Part shown: one piece after another, positions 1-9,003 of the stretch
Layout: each line of letters opens with the position of its first letter
How positions within the stretch are numbered: position 1 is the stretch's first letter
Assembly (NCBI GenBank): GCA_040510575.1
Contig: JBEVIU010000059.1
Location: forward strand, 1 to 35,252
Direction of reading: 5' to 3'
Source of the DNA: Acidimicrobiia bacterium
Lineage (GTDB): Bacteria; Actinomycetota; Acidimicrobiia; IMCC26256; DASPTH01
DNA: 35,252 bases
Position numbers and translations under genes: made by a program
Notes under the pieces: generated by a model
The model's input: the letters and a program-made list of their open reading frames with translations, nothing else
Told to the model about the DNA's origin: nothing
The model's database searches: none

Positions 1-13
1 CATCGGCTGAGGT

Positions 14-928
14 CTAGGTAAGACCGACGTCCTGCAACCAGTCGGTCACGACGGTCGCCGGGTCTTCCTTGTCGTTGAACACCCGCAGCGCCATCTCGTT
101 GTACGCGGCCGAGTCGAGCTTCGCGTTGACCGACTCGAGGATCGTCACCACGGCCGGCTTCGCCTTGTCCTTGGTGACCAGGGCGATCGGGTTGTCGGCC
201 GGCTGCAGGCCCTTGTCGTCCTTCAGCAGGACGTAGTCGGGCTTGATCACGCTGCTGCCGGTGAAGAGGAGGCCGACGTCGATGTCGCCGTCTTCGAGTG
301 CCTGCGCCGTGATCGGGCCGCCGACGTCGAGCTTCTTCACGTCGGAGAACTCGAAGCCGTAGAGATCCTTCGACGTGTCGCCGAGGCACAGCGGGCGGGC
401 CTCACACTCGGGCGGGCCGCCGAAACTGAGCTTGTCGGACACCTTGGCCAGGTCGGACAGCGTCTCGAGCTTGTACTTCTTCGCGGTGGCGTTGGTGACG
501 TAGAAGCCGTTCACGTCGACCGCCGGCGCCGGCTTGGAGGCCACGATGCCGGTGCCCTCGAGCTTCGCGAGCAGCGCCTTGTACGTGGCGGCCGAGTCGC
601 CGGTCGGCTCGCCACCCAGGTAGGTGAGCAGGGTGCCCTGGTAGTCGGCATAGGCGTCGAGGTCACCGTCGAGGAGCGCCGGGTACACGACCTCCGTGGC
701 GCCGATGTTGTCCTGGAAGCTCACGTCGAACTTGGCGGCGTCCAGCGCCTGCCCGTAGGCCTGCGACAGCGCCTGCGCGCCGGCGAAGTCCTTGGAGCCG
801 ACCGTGAGCGACTCGTTGGTGGCGGCGCCGGCTCCGACCGCGAGCGCGGTGACGGTGAGCAGGAGCGTGGCGAGCACGGTCACGAGCCGCAAGGAGCGGG
901 CGACCGGGCGGGGGCGGTTGGGCGTCAT
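14..928 (-). CDS. ABC transporter substrate-binding protein, glycine-betaine/choline (OpuAC/ProX-like) family
   Basis: 304-aa ORF. It has a hydrophobic signal-like N-terminus (LRLVTVLATLLLTVTALAVGAGA) followed by OpuAC-type sequence (GSKDFAGAQALSQAYGQAL..DAYADYQGTLL). It is the last gene after two permease genes on the same strand. Confidence 0.85.
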   Translation of the reverse strand: MTPNRPRPVARSLRLVTVLATLLLTVTALAVGAGAATNESLTVGSKDFAGAQALSQAYGQALDAAKFDVSFQDNIGATEVVYPALLDGDLDAYADYQGTLLTYLGGEPTGDSAATYKALLAKLEGTGIVASKPAPAVDVNGFYVTNATAKKYKLETLSDLAKVSDKLSFGGPPECEARPLCLGDTSKDLYGFEFSDVKKLDVGGPITAQALEDGDIDVGLLFTGSSVIKPDYVLLKDDKGLQPADNPIALVTKDKAKPAVVTILESVNAKLDSAAYNEMALRVFNDKEDPATVVTDWLQDVGLT

Positions 929-1015
929 CGAACTCCCTCGTTTCGGGGCAAGCAGGACGGAGGTGATGTTCCCCCTGCCGGCGGGGAGCGAAACCCCTAC
1001 TCGTTGGGTCGGATT

Positions 1016-1720
1016 TCAGCGGTCGCGGCTGCGGAGCCCCGGCGACGTGACGCCACGTTGCGCCCCGGCGAGCACGAGCTCCACCGCGATCGCCAGCAGG
1101 GCGACCAGCAAGCCGCCCACGAACACCTTCACGCTGTCCTGCACACGGAACCCGTCGACGATGTACCGGCCGAGGCCGCCGGCGTCGACGTACGCGGCCA
1201 GGGTCGCGGTCGCGATGACCGCCACCGCAGCGGTGCGCACGCCGGCCATGATCAGCGGGATCGCATTGGGCAGCTCGACCCGGCCCAGCACCTGGCGACC
1301 GTTCATGCCCATGCCCCGGGCCGCTTCGCGCGCGTCGTCGTCGACGCCGGCCACGCCCACGTACGTGTTGGCGAGGATCGGCGGGATCGCGAGCGCGAAC
1401 ATCGCGATGAACGCGGGGTACGACACCACCGGAGCGAACACCCCGGTCGGCTCGCCGATGCCCACCCACTGCACGGCCAGGATGAGGAGCGCGAGGGCAG
1501 GCAGGGCCCGGCCGATGTTCGCGACATTGATCGCGAGCGCACCACCGCGCCGGACGTGGCCGAGGACCACGCCGATCGGCACCGCGATCAGCACCGCCGC
1601 GAGCACCGACACCACCGTGAGCTGCAGGTGCTGGCGCAACAGGGTCGGGATCCCCTCGTCGCCCTGCCAGTTGTCGCCGTTGCCGAAGAAGTCGAGCACC
1701 TGGGAGAAGAACGAGCCCAT
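1016..1720 (-). CDS. ABC transporter permease (OpuBB/OpuCD-like, BPD_transp_1)
   Basis: 234-aa multi-TM ORF with the EAA-like loop (DDAREAARGMGMNGRQVLGRVELPNAIP). Its ATG lies 1 nt after the stop of the upstream permease gene. Confidence 0.85.
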   Translation of the reverse strand: MGSFFSQVLDFFGNGDNWQGDEGIPTLLRQHLQLTVVSVLAAVLIAVPIGVVLGHVRRGGALAINVANIGRALPALALLILAVQWVGIGEPTGVFAPVVSYPAFIAMFALAIPPILANTYVGVAGVDDDAREAARGMGMNGRQVLGRVELPNAIPLIMAGVRTAAVAVIATATLAAYVDAGGLGRYIVDGFRVQDSVKVFVGGLLVALLAIAVELVLAGAQRGVTSPGLRSRDR

Positions 1721-1721
1721 G

Positions 1722-2468
1722 TCAGCCGACCTCGCCGATCATGCCTGCCGTCGTGGTGGCCGCCGCCTCGGCTGCCGCTGCATCGCGTCGGCGGCGCGAC
1801 GAGCGCTTCGTGCGCCGCCAAGGCGTCACGAGCCACACCGCCGCGACGAGGAACAGGTCGACGACCACCGCGAGTGCGAGCGAGAGCGTGATGCCGACCG
1901 TGAGCGGCGTGCGGAAGTCGCGGTTGAAGCCGTCGAGGATGAGCGATCCCAACCCACCCTGACCGATGAGCGCGGTGACCGTCACCAGGCCGATGGTCGT
2001 GACCACGGCGATGCGGATCCCCACCACGATCGTGGGCAGCGCGAGCGGCAACTCGACCCGCCACAGCTGGCGCGTCCGTGAATACCCCATGCCGGCCGCC
2101 GCTTCCTTGACCTCGGGCGGCACCGACTCGAAGCCGGTCACGGTGTTCCGCACCAGGATCAGCAACGTGTAGAGCACGAGCGGCACGATGGCCGTCCAAC
2201 GCGAGAGGAGACCGAACACGGGCGCCAGGAGCGCGAAGAGCGCGAGCGCGGGGATCGTGTAGAGCACACCGGTCACCGCGATCGTCGGGCCGTAGACGCG
2301 CCGGAAACGGATGCACAGCACTGCGAGCGGCAGCGCGACCAGCAAGCCGATCCCGACGGCGTAGAACGTGAGCTCGATGTGCTCGACCAGACGGCTGCGG
2401 ATCTCGTCGACATGGTCGGTGACCCAGGGCCAGTCGAGCCACTTGGGGCCGATGTCCTCGGCGAGCAC
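1722..2468 (-). CDS. ABC transporter permease (OpuBB/OpuCB-like)
   Basis: 248-aa multi-TM ORF with an EAA loop (EVKEAAAGMGYSRTRQLWRVELPLALP). It is the first gene of the minus-strand permease/binding-protein unit. Confidence 0.85.
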   Translation of the reverse strand: MLAEDIGPKWLDWPWVTDHVDEIRSRLVEHIELTFYAVGIGLLVALPLAVLCIRFRRVYGPTIAVTGVLYTIPALALFALLAPVFGLLSRWTAIVPLVLYTLLILVRNTVTGFESVPPEVKEAAAGMGYSRTRQLWRVELPLALPTIVVGIRIAVVTTIGLVTVTALIGQGGLGSLILDGFNRDFRTPLTVGITLSLALAVVVDLFLVAAVWLVTPWRRTKRSSRRRRDAAAAEAAATTTAGMIGEVG

Positions 2469-2522
2469 GTGGTGAGCCTAACGCCGCGGTACGTTCGCGG
2501 GATCGCCGCAACGCTCGACGCC

Positions 2523-3641
2523 ATGATCCGCCTCGACGCGGTGCGCAAGGAGTTCTCCGACGGCTCCGTCGCGGTGCACGACCTCTCGCTCGAGATCCCC
2601 GCCGGTGAGATCTGCGTGCTCGTCGGCCCGTCGGGATGTGGCAAGACCACCACCTTGAAGATGATCAACCGACTCATCGAGCCGACGTCGGGTCGGATCT
2701 TCCTCGACGGCGACGACGTCACCCACGGCGATCCCGTCGCCCTGCGGCGCAGAATCGGCTTCGTGATCCAGAACGTCGGGCTGTTCCCCCATCAGACCAT
2801 CGGGGTCAACGTCGCCACCGTGCCGAAGCTCCTCGGCTGGCCGAAGGCGCGGATCGCGACGCGCGTCGACGAGCTGCTCGACCTCGTCGGCCTCGCACCA
2901 GGTGAGTACCGCGATCGGTACCCGGCGCAGCTCTCGGGGGGACAACGTCAACGCGTCGGTGTCGCGCGCGCACTGGCGGCCGACCCGCCGGTCCTGTTGA
3001 TGGACGAGCCGTTCGGCGCGATCGACCCCGTCACGCGCGTCCGCCTGCAAGACGAGTTCCTGCGCCTGCAACAGGAGGTGCGCAAGACGGTCGTGTTCGT
3101 GACCCACGACATCGAGGAGGCGGTGAAGATGGGCGATCGGATCGCGATCCTCGACGTCGGCGGCGTGCTCGAGCAGTTCGACACCCCGGCGGAGGTGCTC
3201 GGCCGCCCCGCGTCGCCGATGGTCGCCGACTTCGTCGGCGCCGACCGCGGGTTGAAACGGCTCCGGGTCACGCCCATCGACCTCGCGTTCCTGGAACACC
3301 CGCCCACCGTGCGGCCGGAGGCCACGCTCGCCGACGCGAAGGCGGCGATCGCGCAGTCGGGCATGACCTGGGTCGCGGTGGTCGACGACGCGGGCGCGCT
3401 GCTCGGCTCGGTGCACGACGACGACGCCGGCGAGGGCGTGGCCAAGGAGCACCTGCAGCGCATCGAGGCATGGGTGCCCGTCGACGCGCCGCTCCAGGAC
3501 GCGCTGGCGATGACGTTGCTCACTGACCGAGGCTGGGTCGCAGTGATCGACGGCGACCGCTTCGTGGGGGTGCTCACCCCTGAGGCGGTGTACCAGTCGC
3601 TCCGAGAGTCGCTCGCGGCCGCCGAGCGCGAGCCGCACTGA
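2523..3641 (+). CDS. ABC transporter ATP-binding protein with C-terminal tandem CBS domains (OpuCA/ProV-like)
   Basis: Walker A GPSGCGKTT, signature LSGGQRQRV and Walker B LLMDEP are present, followed by a CBS-like C-terminus. I chose the ATG at 2523 (MIRLDAVRKEF) rather than the track start at 2379, which would overlap the divergent permease gene. Confidence 0.85.
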   Translation: MIRLDAVRKEFSDGSVAVHDLSLEIPAGEICVLVGPSGCGKTTTLKMINRLIEPTSGRIFLDGDDVTHGDPVALRRRIGFVIQNVGLFPHQTIGVNVATVPKLLGWPKARIATRVDELLDLVGLAPGEYRDRYPAQLSGGQRQRVGVARALAADPPVLLMDEPFGAIDPVTRVRLQDEFLRLQQEVRKTVVFVTHDIEEAVKMGDRIAILDVGGVLEQFDTPAEVLGRPASPMVADFVGADRGLKRLRVTPIDLAFLEHPPTVRPEATLADAKAAIAQSGMTWVAVVDDAGALLGSVHDDDAGEGVAKEHLQRIEAWVPVDAPLQDALAMTLLTDRGWVAVIDGDRFVGVLTPEAVYQSLRESLAAAEREPH

Positions 3642-3676
3642 CCTCACCAGACCACGCTCGACCAGGAGGACGAACC

Positions 3677-4447
3677 ATGCCGCACCCCGCCGAACTCTTC
3701 GACCTCACCGGCAAGGTCGCGCTCGTCACCGGCGGCAGCCGCGGCATCGGCCGCGCCGTCGTCGAGGGGTTCGCCGCCGCGGGCGCGGACGTCGTCGTCG
3801 CGAGCCGCAAGCTCGAGAACTGCGAGACAGCCGCGCAGGAGATCGAGCAGGCCACCGGTCGCCGCGCGTTACCAGTCGGCTTCAACGTGAGCCACTGGAG
3901 TCAGTGCGACGCGCTCGTCGACACGGTGTACGACACCTTCGGGCGCTGCGACGTGCTCGTGAACAACGCAGGGTTGTCGCCCCTCTACGAGAGCCTGCCG
4001 GCCGTCACCGAAGAGCTCTACGACAAGACCCATGCCGTCAACGCGAAGGGTCCGTTCCGCCTCGCGTCGTTGATCGGCACGAGGATGAACGACGGTGACG
4101 GCGGCTCGATCATCAACGTGAGCACCGGCGGCGCGTGGCGACCGGACGCACACGACCTCCCGTACGCGATGGCGAAGGCCGCGCTCAACGCACTCACACT
4201 CGGGCTCGCCGGCGCGTGGAACCCGAAGGTGCGCGCCAACACCGTGTTGCCTGGCCCGTACGACACCGACATCGCCAAGGCCTGGGCGCCCGGCACGACC
4301 GATGCCATCGCGGAGATGAACCCGATGCGTCGCATCGGCCAGCCCGAGGACATGGTCGGCGTGTGCCTCTTCCTCGCCAGCGACGCGAGCTCCTACATCA
4401 ACGGCGCGCAGATCCTCGCCGACGGCGGCTCGTTCCGCACCCTCTGA
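3677..4447 (+). CDS. SDR-family oxidoreductase (FabG-like)
   Basis: TGGSRGIG Rossmann motif, NNAG, and a YxxxK-type catalytic segment (YAMAKAAL). The SD AGGAGGA lies 6 nt upstream of the ATG. Confidence 0.85.
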   Translation: MPHPAELFDLTGKVALVTGGSRGIGRAVVEGFAAAGADVVVASRKLENCETAAQEIEQATGRRALPVGFNVSHWSQCDALVDTVYDTFGRCDVLVNNAGLSPLYESLPAVTEELYDKTHAVNAKGPFRLASLIGTRMNDGDGGSIINVSTGGAWRPDAHDLPYAMAKAALNALTLGLAGAWNPKVRANTVLPGPYDTDIAKAWAPGTTDAIAEMNPMRRIGQPEDMVGVCLFLASDASSYINGAQILADGGSFRTL

Positions 4448-4461
4448 TCAGATGGGCTGAA

Positions 4462-6345
4462 TCACGCCGCGACTTCGCCGTCGGTGGAGGTGTCGGCGAA
4501 CTGCGTGCGGTACAGCTCCGCGTAGCGACCACCAGCCGCGAGCAACTGGTGGTGCGTCCCCTGCTCGACGATCCGGCCATGGTCGACCACGAGGATGGCA
4601 TCGGCCTCGCGCACGGTCGACAGGCGGTGCGCGATCACCAGGGCAGTACGCCCGTCGAGCGCGACGGCGAGTGCCGCCTGCACCGCTGCTTCGGACTCGG
4701 CATCGAGGTGCGCGGTCGCTTCGTCGAGGATCACGACCCGCGGCTCGGCGAGGAGCAGGCGCGCGATGGTGAGGCGCTGACGCTCACCGCCGGAGAGCCG
4801 GTACCCCCGCTCCCCGACCAGGGTGTCGAGGCCGTCGGGCAGCGATGCGACCAGGTCGGCGAGACGAGCATCGTGCAACGCGGCCCACAGTTCGGCGTCG
4901 GTTGCGCCGGGCGCCGCGTAGCGGAGGTTCGCGCCAACCGTGTCGTGGAAGAGGTGGCCGTCCTGGGTGACGACGCCGACGGTGGCACGGATCGCGTCGA
5001 ACGACAGGTCACGCACGTCGACGCCACCGAGGCGAATCGTGCCACCCGACGCGTCGTAGAGACGCGGGACCAGCGCGGCGATGGTCGACTTCCCCGCGCC
5101 CGACGACCCGACGAGCGCGACGGTCTGGCCCGCGTCGACACGGAAGCTCACATCGTGGAGCACCTCCGCGCCGATCCGATCGTCGAGGGTCGCGACCGCC
5201 TCCAGCGAGGCGAGCGACACCTCGTGCGCGGCGGGGTACGTGAAGCGCACGTGATCGAACGTGATCGAGGTCGGCTCGTCGGCCAGCGCGACCGCGTCGG
5301 GACGCTCCTGCACCATCGGTTCGAGGTCGAGCACCTCGAAGACCCGTTCGAAGCTCACGAGCGCCGTGACCACGTCGAGGCGCGCGGTTGCCAGCGCAGT
5401 GAGCGGCCCGTACAGGCGGTTGAGCAACAGCGCCAGCGTGACGACGGTGCCCGGTGCGATCTCACCCTGCAGCGCGAGGTAGCCGCCGAGCCCGTACACC
5501 AGCGCCTGGGCAAGGCCGGAGACGAGCGTCAGCGCGCGGAAGAAGACCTCCATCGCGACCGCCGATCGCACCCCGATGTCGCGTACGCGCTCTGCTCGCC
5601 GGCCGAACTCGTCGACTTCGTCCACCGGGCGGCCGTAGAGCTTGACCAACGTCGCGCCCGGCGCAGAGAACCGTTCGGTCATCTGCGTCGTCATCGCAGC
5701 GTTGTGGTCGGCCGCTTCGAGTTGGAGCGCACCGACCTTCGCCCCGACCCGCCGAGCAGGGATGACGAAGACGGGCAGCAGCACCAATGCGAGCGCCGTC
5801 ACCTGCCACGACAACTCGAACATCACGGCCAAGGTGAGCGTCACTGCGATCAAGTTGGTGACGACGCCGGCCAATGCCGAGGTGAACGCGCGCTGCGCGC
5901 CGATCACGTCGTTGTTGAGCCGGCTGACGAGCGCGCCGGTCTGGGTGCGGGTGAAGAACGCGACCGGCATGCGCTGCACGTGCCCGAACACCTGCCGGCG
6001 CAGGTCGGAGATGAGCCCCTCGCCGAGGCGCGCAGAGGTGAGCCGCTCGAGGAGACCCACACCCGCGTCGATCACGGCGATCAGCGCGATCACGAGCGCG
6101 AGCGTGATCACGACGGACACCGCCTCGTGCTCGACGATGGCGTCGACCGCGCGACCGGCGAGGAGCGGCGAGGCGACGCCCAGGACCGCGGAAATCGTCG
6201 CCAGGGCGAGGAACCCGACGATGGTCCTCGCGTGTGGCCGTGCGAACGACGCGACCCGTCGTACCGTCGCGCGGGTGATCGCCCGACGCGGCTGCGCGTC
6301 CTGCATCGCGCTCTGCAACGCGCTCCACGTCCCGAACTCGCTCAT
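4462..6345 (-). CDS. Fused permease/ATPase ABC exporter (MsbA/multidrug-type)
   Basis: The N-terminal six-TM exporter domain is followed by Walker A GSSGAGKST, signature LSGGERQRL and Walker B VILDEAT. I place the start at ATG 6345 (MSEFGTW...). The track start at 6390 lies inside the operator/promoter and upstream of the predicted -10. Confidence 0.85.
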   Translation of the reverse strand: MSEFGTWSALQSAMQDAQPRRAITRATVRRVASFARPHARTIVGFLALATISAVLGVASPLLAGRAVDAIVEHEAVSVVITLALVIALIAVIDAGVGLLERLTSARLGEGLISDLRRQVFGHVQRMPVAFFTRTQTGALVSRLNNDVIGAQRAFTSALAGVVTNLIAVTLTLAVMFELSWQVTALALVLLPVFVIPARRVGAKVGALQLEAADHNAAMTTQMTERFSAPGATLVKLYGRPVDEVDEFGRRAERVRDIGVRSAVAMEVFFRALTLVSGLAQALVYGLGGYLALQGEIAPGTVVTLALLLNRLYGPLTALATARLDVVTALVSFERVFEVLDLEPMVQERPDAVALADEPTSITFDHVRFTYPAAHEVSLASLEAVATLDDRIGAEVLHDVSFRVDAGQTVALVGSSGAGKSTIAALVPRLYDASGGTIRLGGVDVRDLSFDAIRATVGVVTQDGHLFHDTVGANLRYAAPGATDAELWAALHDARLADLVASLPDGLDTLVGERGYRLSGGERQRLTIARLLLAEPRVVILDEATAHLDAESEAAVQAALAVALDGRTALVIAHRLSTVREADAILVVDHGRIVEQGTHHQLLAAGGRYAELYRTQFADTSTDGEVAA

Positions 6346-6369
6346 GGCTTCAACTCGGTCATGCGGCAC

Positions 6370-6400
6370 ACCATACGACCTCAAGTTCACTTGAAGTCAA
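6370..6400 (-). promoter_or_regulatory. MerR-type promoter with embedded SoxR box, oriented toward the ABC exporter
   Basis: The minus strand reads TTGACT-(19 nt)-TATGGT. The spacer contains the inverted repeat GACCTCAAGT-TC-ACTTGAAGTC (6377..6398), which has one arm mismatch and closely matches the SoxR consensus CCTCAAGTTAACTTGAGG. Confidence 0.65.
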
Positions 6401-6424
6401 GGAAATTCACGGTACCCTGGTCGC

Positions 6425-6865
6425 ATGGACATGGAGCTCTCGATCGGCGCGGTGAGCGAGCGGACGGGCGTCGCGGCGTCGGCGCTGCGCTACTACGAGG
6501 ACGAGGGCCTGATCCACGCCACGCGGTCAGCCGGTGGTCAACGCCGCTACCACCGCGACACCATCCGCCGCGTCTCGTTCGTTCGCGTCGCTCAACAGGT
6601 CGGGCTCACGCTCGACGAGATCCACGAGGCACTGGGCTCCCTTCCCGACAAGCGCACGCCCACACACAAGGACTGGGAGCGACTCTCCGCGTCGTGGCGG
6701 CCGCGCCTCGACGCGCAGATCGCGATGCTCGAACGACTCCGCGACCGCCTCGACGGCTGCATCGGATGTGGCTGCCTCTCGCTCGGCGTGTGCAAGCTCG
6801 CCAATCCCGACGACGAAGCCGGCGCACGCGGCCCCGGGCCGCGCTTCGTGCTCGAGGCCGAGTGA
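6425..6865 (+). CDS. soxR: Redox-sensitive MerR-family transcriptional activator SoxR
   Basis: MerR-type HTH (IGAVSERTGVAASALRYYEDEGLI) plus the diagnostic [2Fe-2S] cluster motif CIGCGCLSLGVCKLANP (CX2CXCX5C). Confidence 0.9.
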   Translation: MDMELSIGAVSERTGVAASALRYYEDEGLIHATRSAGGQRRYHRDTIRRVSFVRVAQQVGLTLDEIHEALGSLPDKRTPTHKDWERLSASWRPRLDAQIAMLERLRDRLDGCIGCGCLSLGVCKLANPDDEAGARGPGPRFVLEAE

Positions 6866-6872
6866 CCTGTCG

Positions 6873-7598
6873 TCAGCGCGGCGACGGACGGGTGGTGCCG
6901 AGCAGGCCGGGCGACGACATGACTTCGCTCACGACCACTGCGTCGCCGCGCAGTGCCATCGTCGCGGCGCGAACGCCGGTCGCTGACTGAAATGCGGCGC
7001 CGCGCGCGCGTGCGGTGCCGACCACGAGCGTCTGTGCCACCGCGCGCGCGCCGCCGTTCCCCGCCGGGCCGTCTGCCCCGGGCCACCGTGGACCGGCGTA
7101 CTGGTCGCTTCGCAGGACCGGCTCACCGGCGACATCGACGTGCATGCGTTGCCAGAGCGAGCCCGATGGTTCATCGTGACGGCCCAGCACGACCTCGTCG
7201 CGCAGCACCAAGCACGCGCCGGCACCGAGCGCCACGCGTGTCCGCATCCGGTGGTCACAGCGCTCGACGAGCAGCAGCGGCTCCGGGAGCCACCACAACG
7301 TCGCGCCGGCCGCCACCGTGATGTCGAGGTCGCAGCGCGACGGCGCCCCGGTCACGCCGGGAAGCGCGATCGTGGCCGCCGCGCTGCGGACGACCAGCGA
7401 CGCGCCTGCTTCGACCCGAACGTCGAGGTGGAGTCGATCACCGCCGAGCGGTCCTGCCGCACTGCCCACCAGGTAGACGCCGTCCGGGGTCGTGCGCCAT
7501 GTGACGGGCGGCGACGATCGCATGGTGGTGCACCGGGTGCCACCTTCCGCACACTCGGCCACCAGGCGGGCGCACGCGACGACCGCGCTGGTCGTCAC
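6873..7598 (-). CDS. ureD: Urease accessory protein UreD
   Basis: UreD-like sequence ([28 protein letters not shown]...). It is the last gene of the ure cluster. I place the start at GTG 7598, which forms a GTGA overlap with the ureG stop. ATG 7634 is the alternative. Confidence 0.8.
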   Translation of the reverse strand: MTTSAVVACARLVAECAEGGTRCTTMRSSPPVTWRTTPDGVYLVGSAAGPLGGDRLHLDVRVEAGASLVVRSAAATIALPGVTGAPSRCDLDITVAAGATLWWLPEPLLLVERCDHRMRTRVALGAGACLVLRDEVVLGRHDEPSGSLWQRMHVDVAGEPVLRSDQYAGPRWPGADGPAGNGGARAVAQTLVVGTARARGAAFQSATGVRAATMALRGDAVVVSEVMSSPGLLGTTRPSPR

Positions 7599-8284
7599 AC
7601 CAGTGCATCGGTCGACAGGTGGCTGCGCACCCACTGCGCAACGGCCGTCGCGAGCGGGTCGTCGGCCAGTGAGCAGAACACGATGGGCCGGTCACCGCGC
7701 TTGTCGACTGCGTCGCGAGCCATCACGTCGAGGTCGGCACCCACCATCGGGGCGAGGTCGGTCTTGTTGATCACGAGGAGGTCCGACCGCGTGATCCCCG
7801 GGCCTCCCTTGCGCGGCACCTTGTCGCCGCCCGCCACGTCGATCACGAAGATCTGCACGTCGACGAGCGCACGGCTGAACGTGGCGGTGAGGTTGTCGCC
7901 GCCACTCTCGAGCAGGAGCAGCGCCGGGTCGAATTCCGCCTCCAGCGCGTCGAGGGCGTCGACGTTCTCGCTGATGTCGTCGCGGATCGCGGTGTGCGGG
8001 CAGCACCCCGTCTGGACGCCGACGATCCGCTCCACGGGGAGCACGCCGGTGCGCTCGAGGATGGCCGCGTCCTCGGTGGTGAAGATGTCGTTCGTGACCA
8101 CGGCCACCGAGACCTCGCCGGCCAGGTTGCGGCACAGCGCCGCCACCAGCGCGGTCTTGCCGCTCCCGACAGGCCCCCCGATGCCGACGCGCAGGGCTCG
8201 TCCGAGTCGGCCGCCCGGGAGCCCGCGCCCGGCCTCCTCGAGCGGTTCGTCGTGCGCGTGCGGGTGTGCATGGCCGCTCCCCAT
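7595..8284 (-). CDS. ureG: Urease accessory GTPase UreG
   Basis: P-loop GPVGSGKT, conserved [12 protein letters not shown] and ESGGDNL motifs, and a His-rich N-terminus (GHAHPHAHD). The SD GGGAGGA lies 7 nt upstream. Confidence 0.95.
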   Translation of the reverse strand: MGSGHAHPHAHDEPLEEAGRGLPGGRLGRALRVGIGGPVGSGKTALVAALCRNLAGEVSVAVVTNDIFTTEDAAILERTGVLPVERIVGVQTGCCPHTAIRDDISENVDALDALEAEFDPALLLLESGGDNLTATFSRALVDVQIFVIDVAGGDKVPRKGGPGITRSDLLVINKTDLAPMVGADLDVMARDAVDKRGDRPIVFCSLADDPLATAVAQWVRSHLSTDALV

Positions 8285-8300
8285 CTTGTGCTCCTCCCGT

Positions 8301-8993
8301 TCAAGTCGTGAACATCCGCATGTCCCACGTCGCGTGCTCCACCGCCGCGATCTCCACCACGGGGCCCGTTCCGGCAGGGAGGTCGTGGAGCGCGCCCCTG
8401 CCCGCGACGACCGCCCGTCGCGCGACGGCCTCGCCGTCGGCTTGCACCGCCGCCAACACCCCGGCGACCGCGAAGGGGTCGAGCCCGAGCAGCCGCACCC
8501 CCGCCTGCGCCGGCGTGCTCACGGCGTGGTGCACCGCGAGGCGTGCGACCTCCCCGTCGTCGATCCCGGCCACCCGTCCCACCACGCCCCACGTGCACGC
8601 CTGGTGGAGTCCGTCGGGCGCGGCGAGGGCGACGTCGGCCCAGATCGGCGACGCCCAGCATCGCGACGCGACTCGCACGAGTTGGCGGCCCAGGCGCCGC
8701 GACGCGTGACGCAGCGGCGGTGCGAGCATCCGCGCGTCGGCTTCTGCATCGAGGACCCGCAACACGACGCGCGGTGGGTCGGCGGTCCCGTCGGGATCCA
8801 GCCGACGCGCCGTCGCCACCGCGAGCGCGGCGTCGGTGAGCCCCGCAGTGTGAAGACGACCGCGCACATAGGCGGCGAGTGACGCGATGTCGTGCACGCG
8901 ACCGTCGGACACTGCTGCCTCGACACCGCCAGAGTGCGCGTGACCACCTGCGGGGAAGCGGCCGTCGGCGAGGAGGAGGGTGGCGAGGGTCAT
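8301..8993 (-). CDS. ureF: Urease accessory protein UreF
   Basis: The N-terminus [23 protein letters not shown] is typical of UreF. The gene sits between ureC and ureG. Confidence 0.9.
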   Translation of the reverse strand: MTLATLLLADGRFPAGGHAHSGGVEAAVSDGRVHDIASLAAYVRGRLHTAGLTDAALAVATARRLDPDGTADPPRVVLRVLDAEADARMLAPPLRHASRRLGRQLVRVASRCWASPIWADVALAAPDGLHQACTWGVVGRVAGIDDGEVARLAVHHAVSTPAQAGVRLLGLDPFAVAGVLAAVQADGEAVARRAVVAGRGALHDLPAGTGPVVEIAAVEHATWDMRMFTT

Positions 8994-9003
8994 CGGTACA
9001 CGC

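Noticed and set aside
792-2081. 429-aa + strand ORF and other long ORFs antisense to the Opu permeases
   Set aside because: It is antisense to well-supported permease and binding-protein genes, and its composition (S/T/A/R/P) is typical of antisense frames.
4135-6990. 951-aa + strand ORF, the longest in the track
   Set aside because: It runs antisense to the ABC exporter and in a different frame across soxR. Its translation is a low-complexity R/G/D/H/P-rich string with no motifs. This is a typical stop-poor shadow ORF in high-GC DNA.
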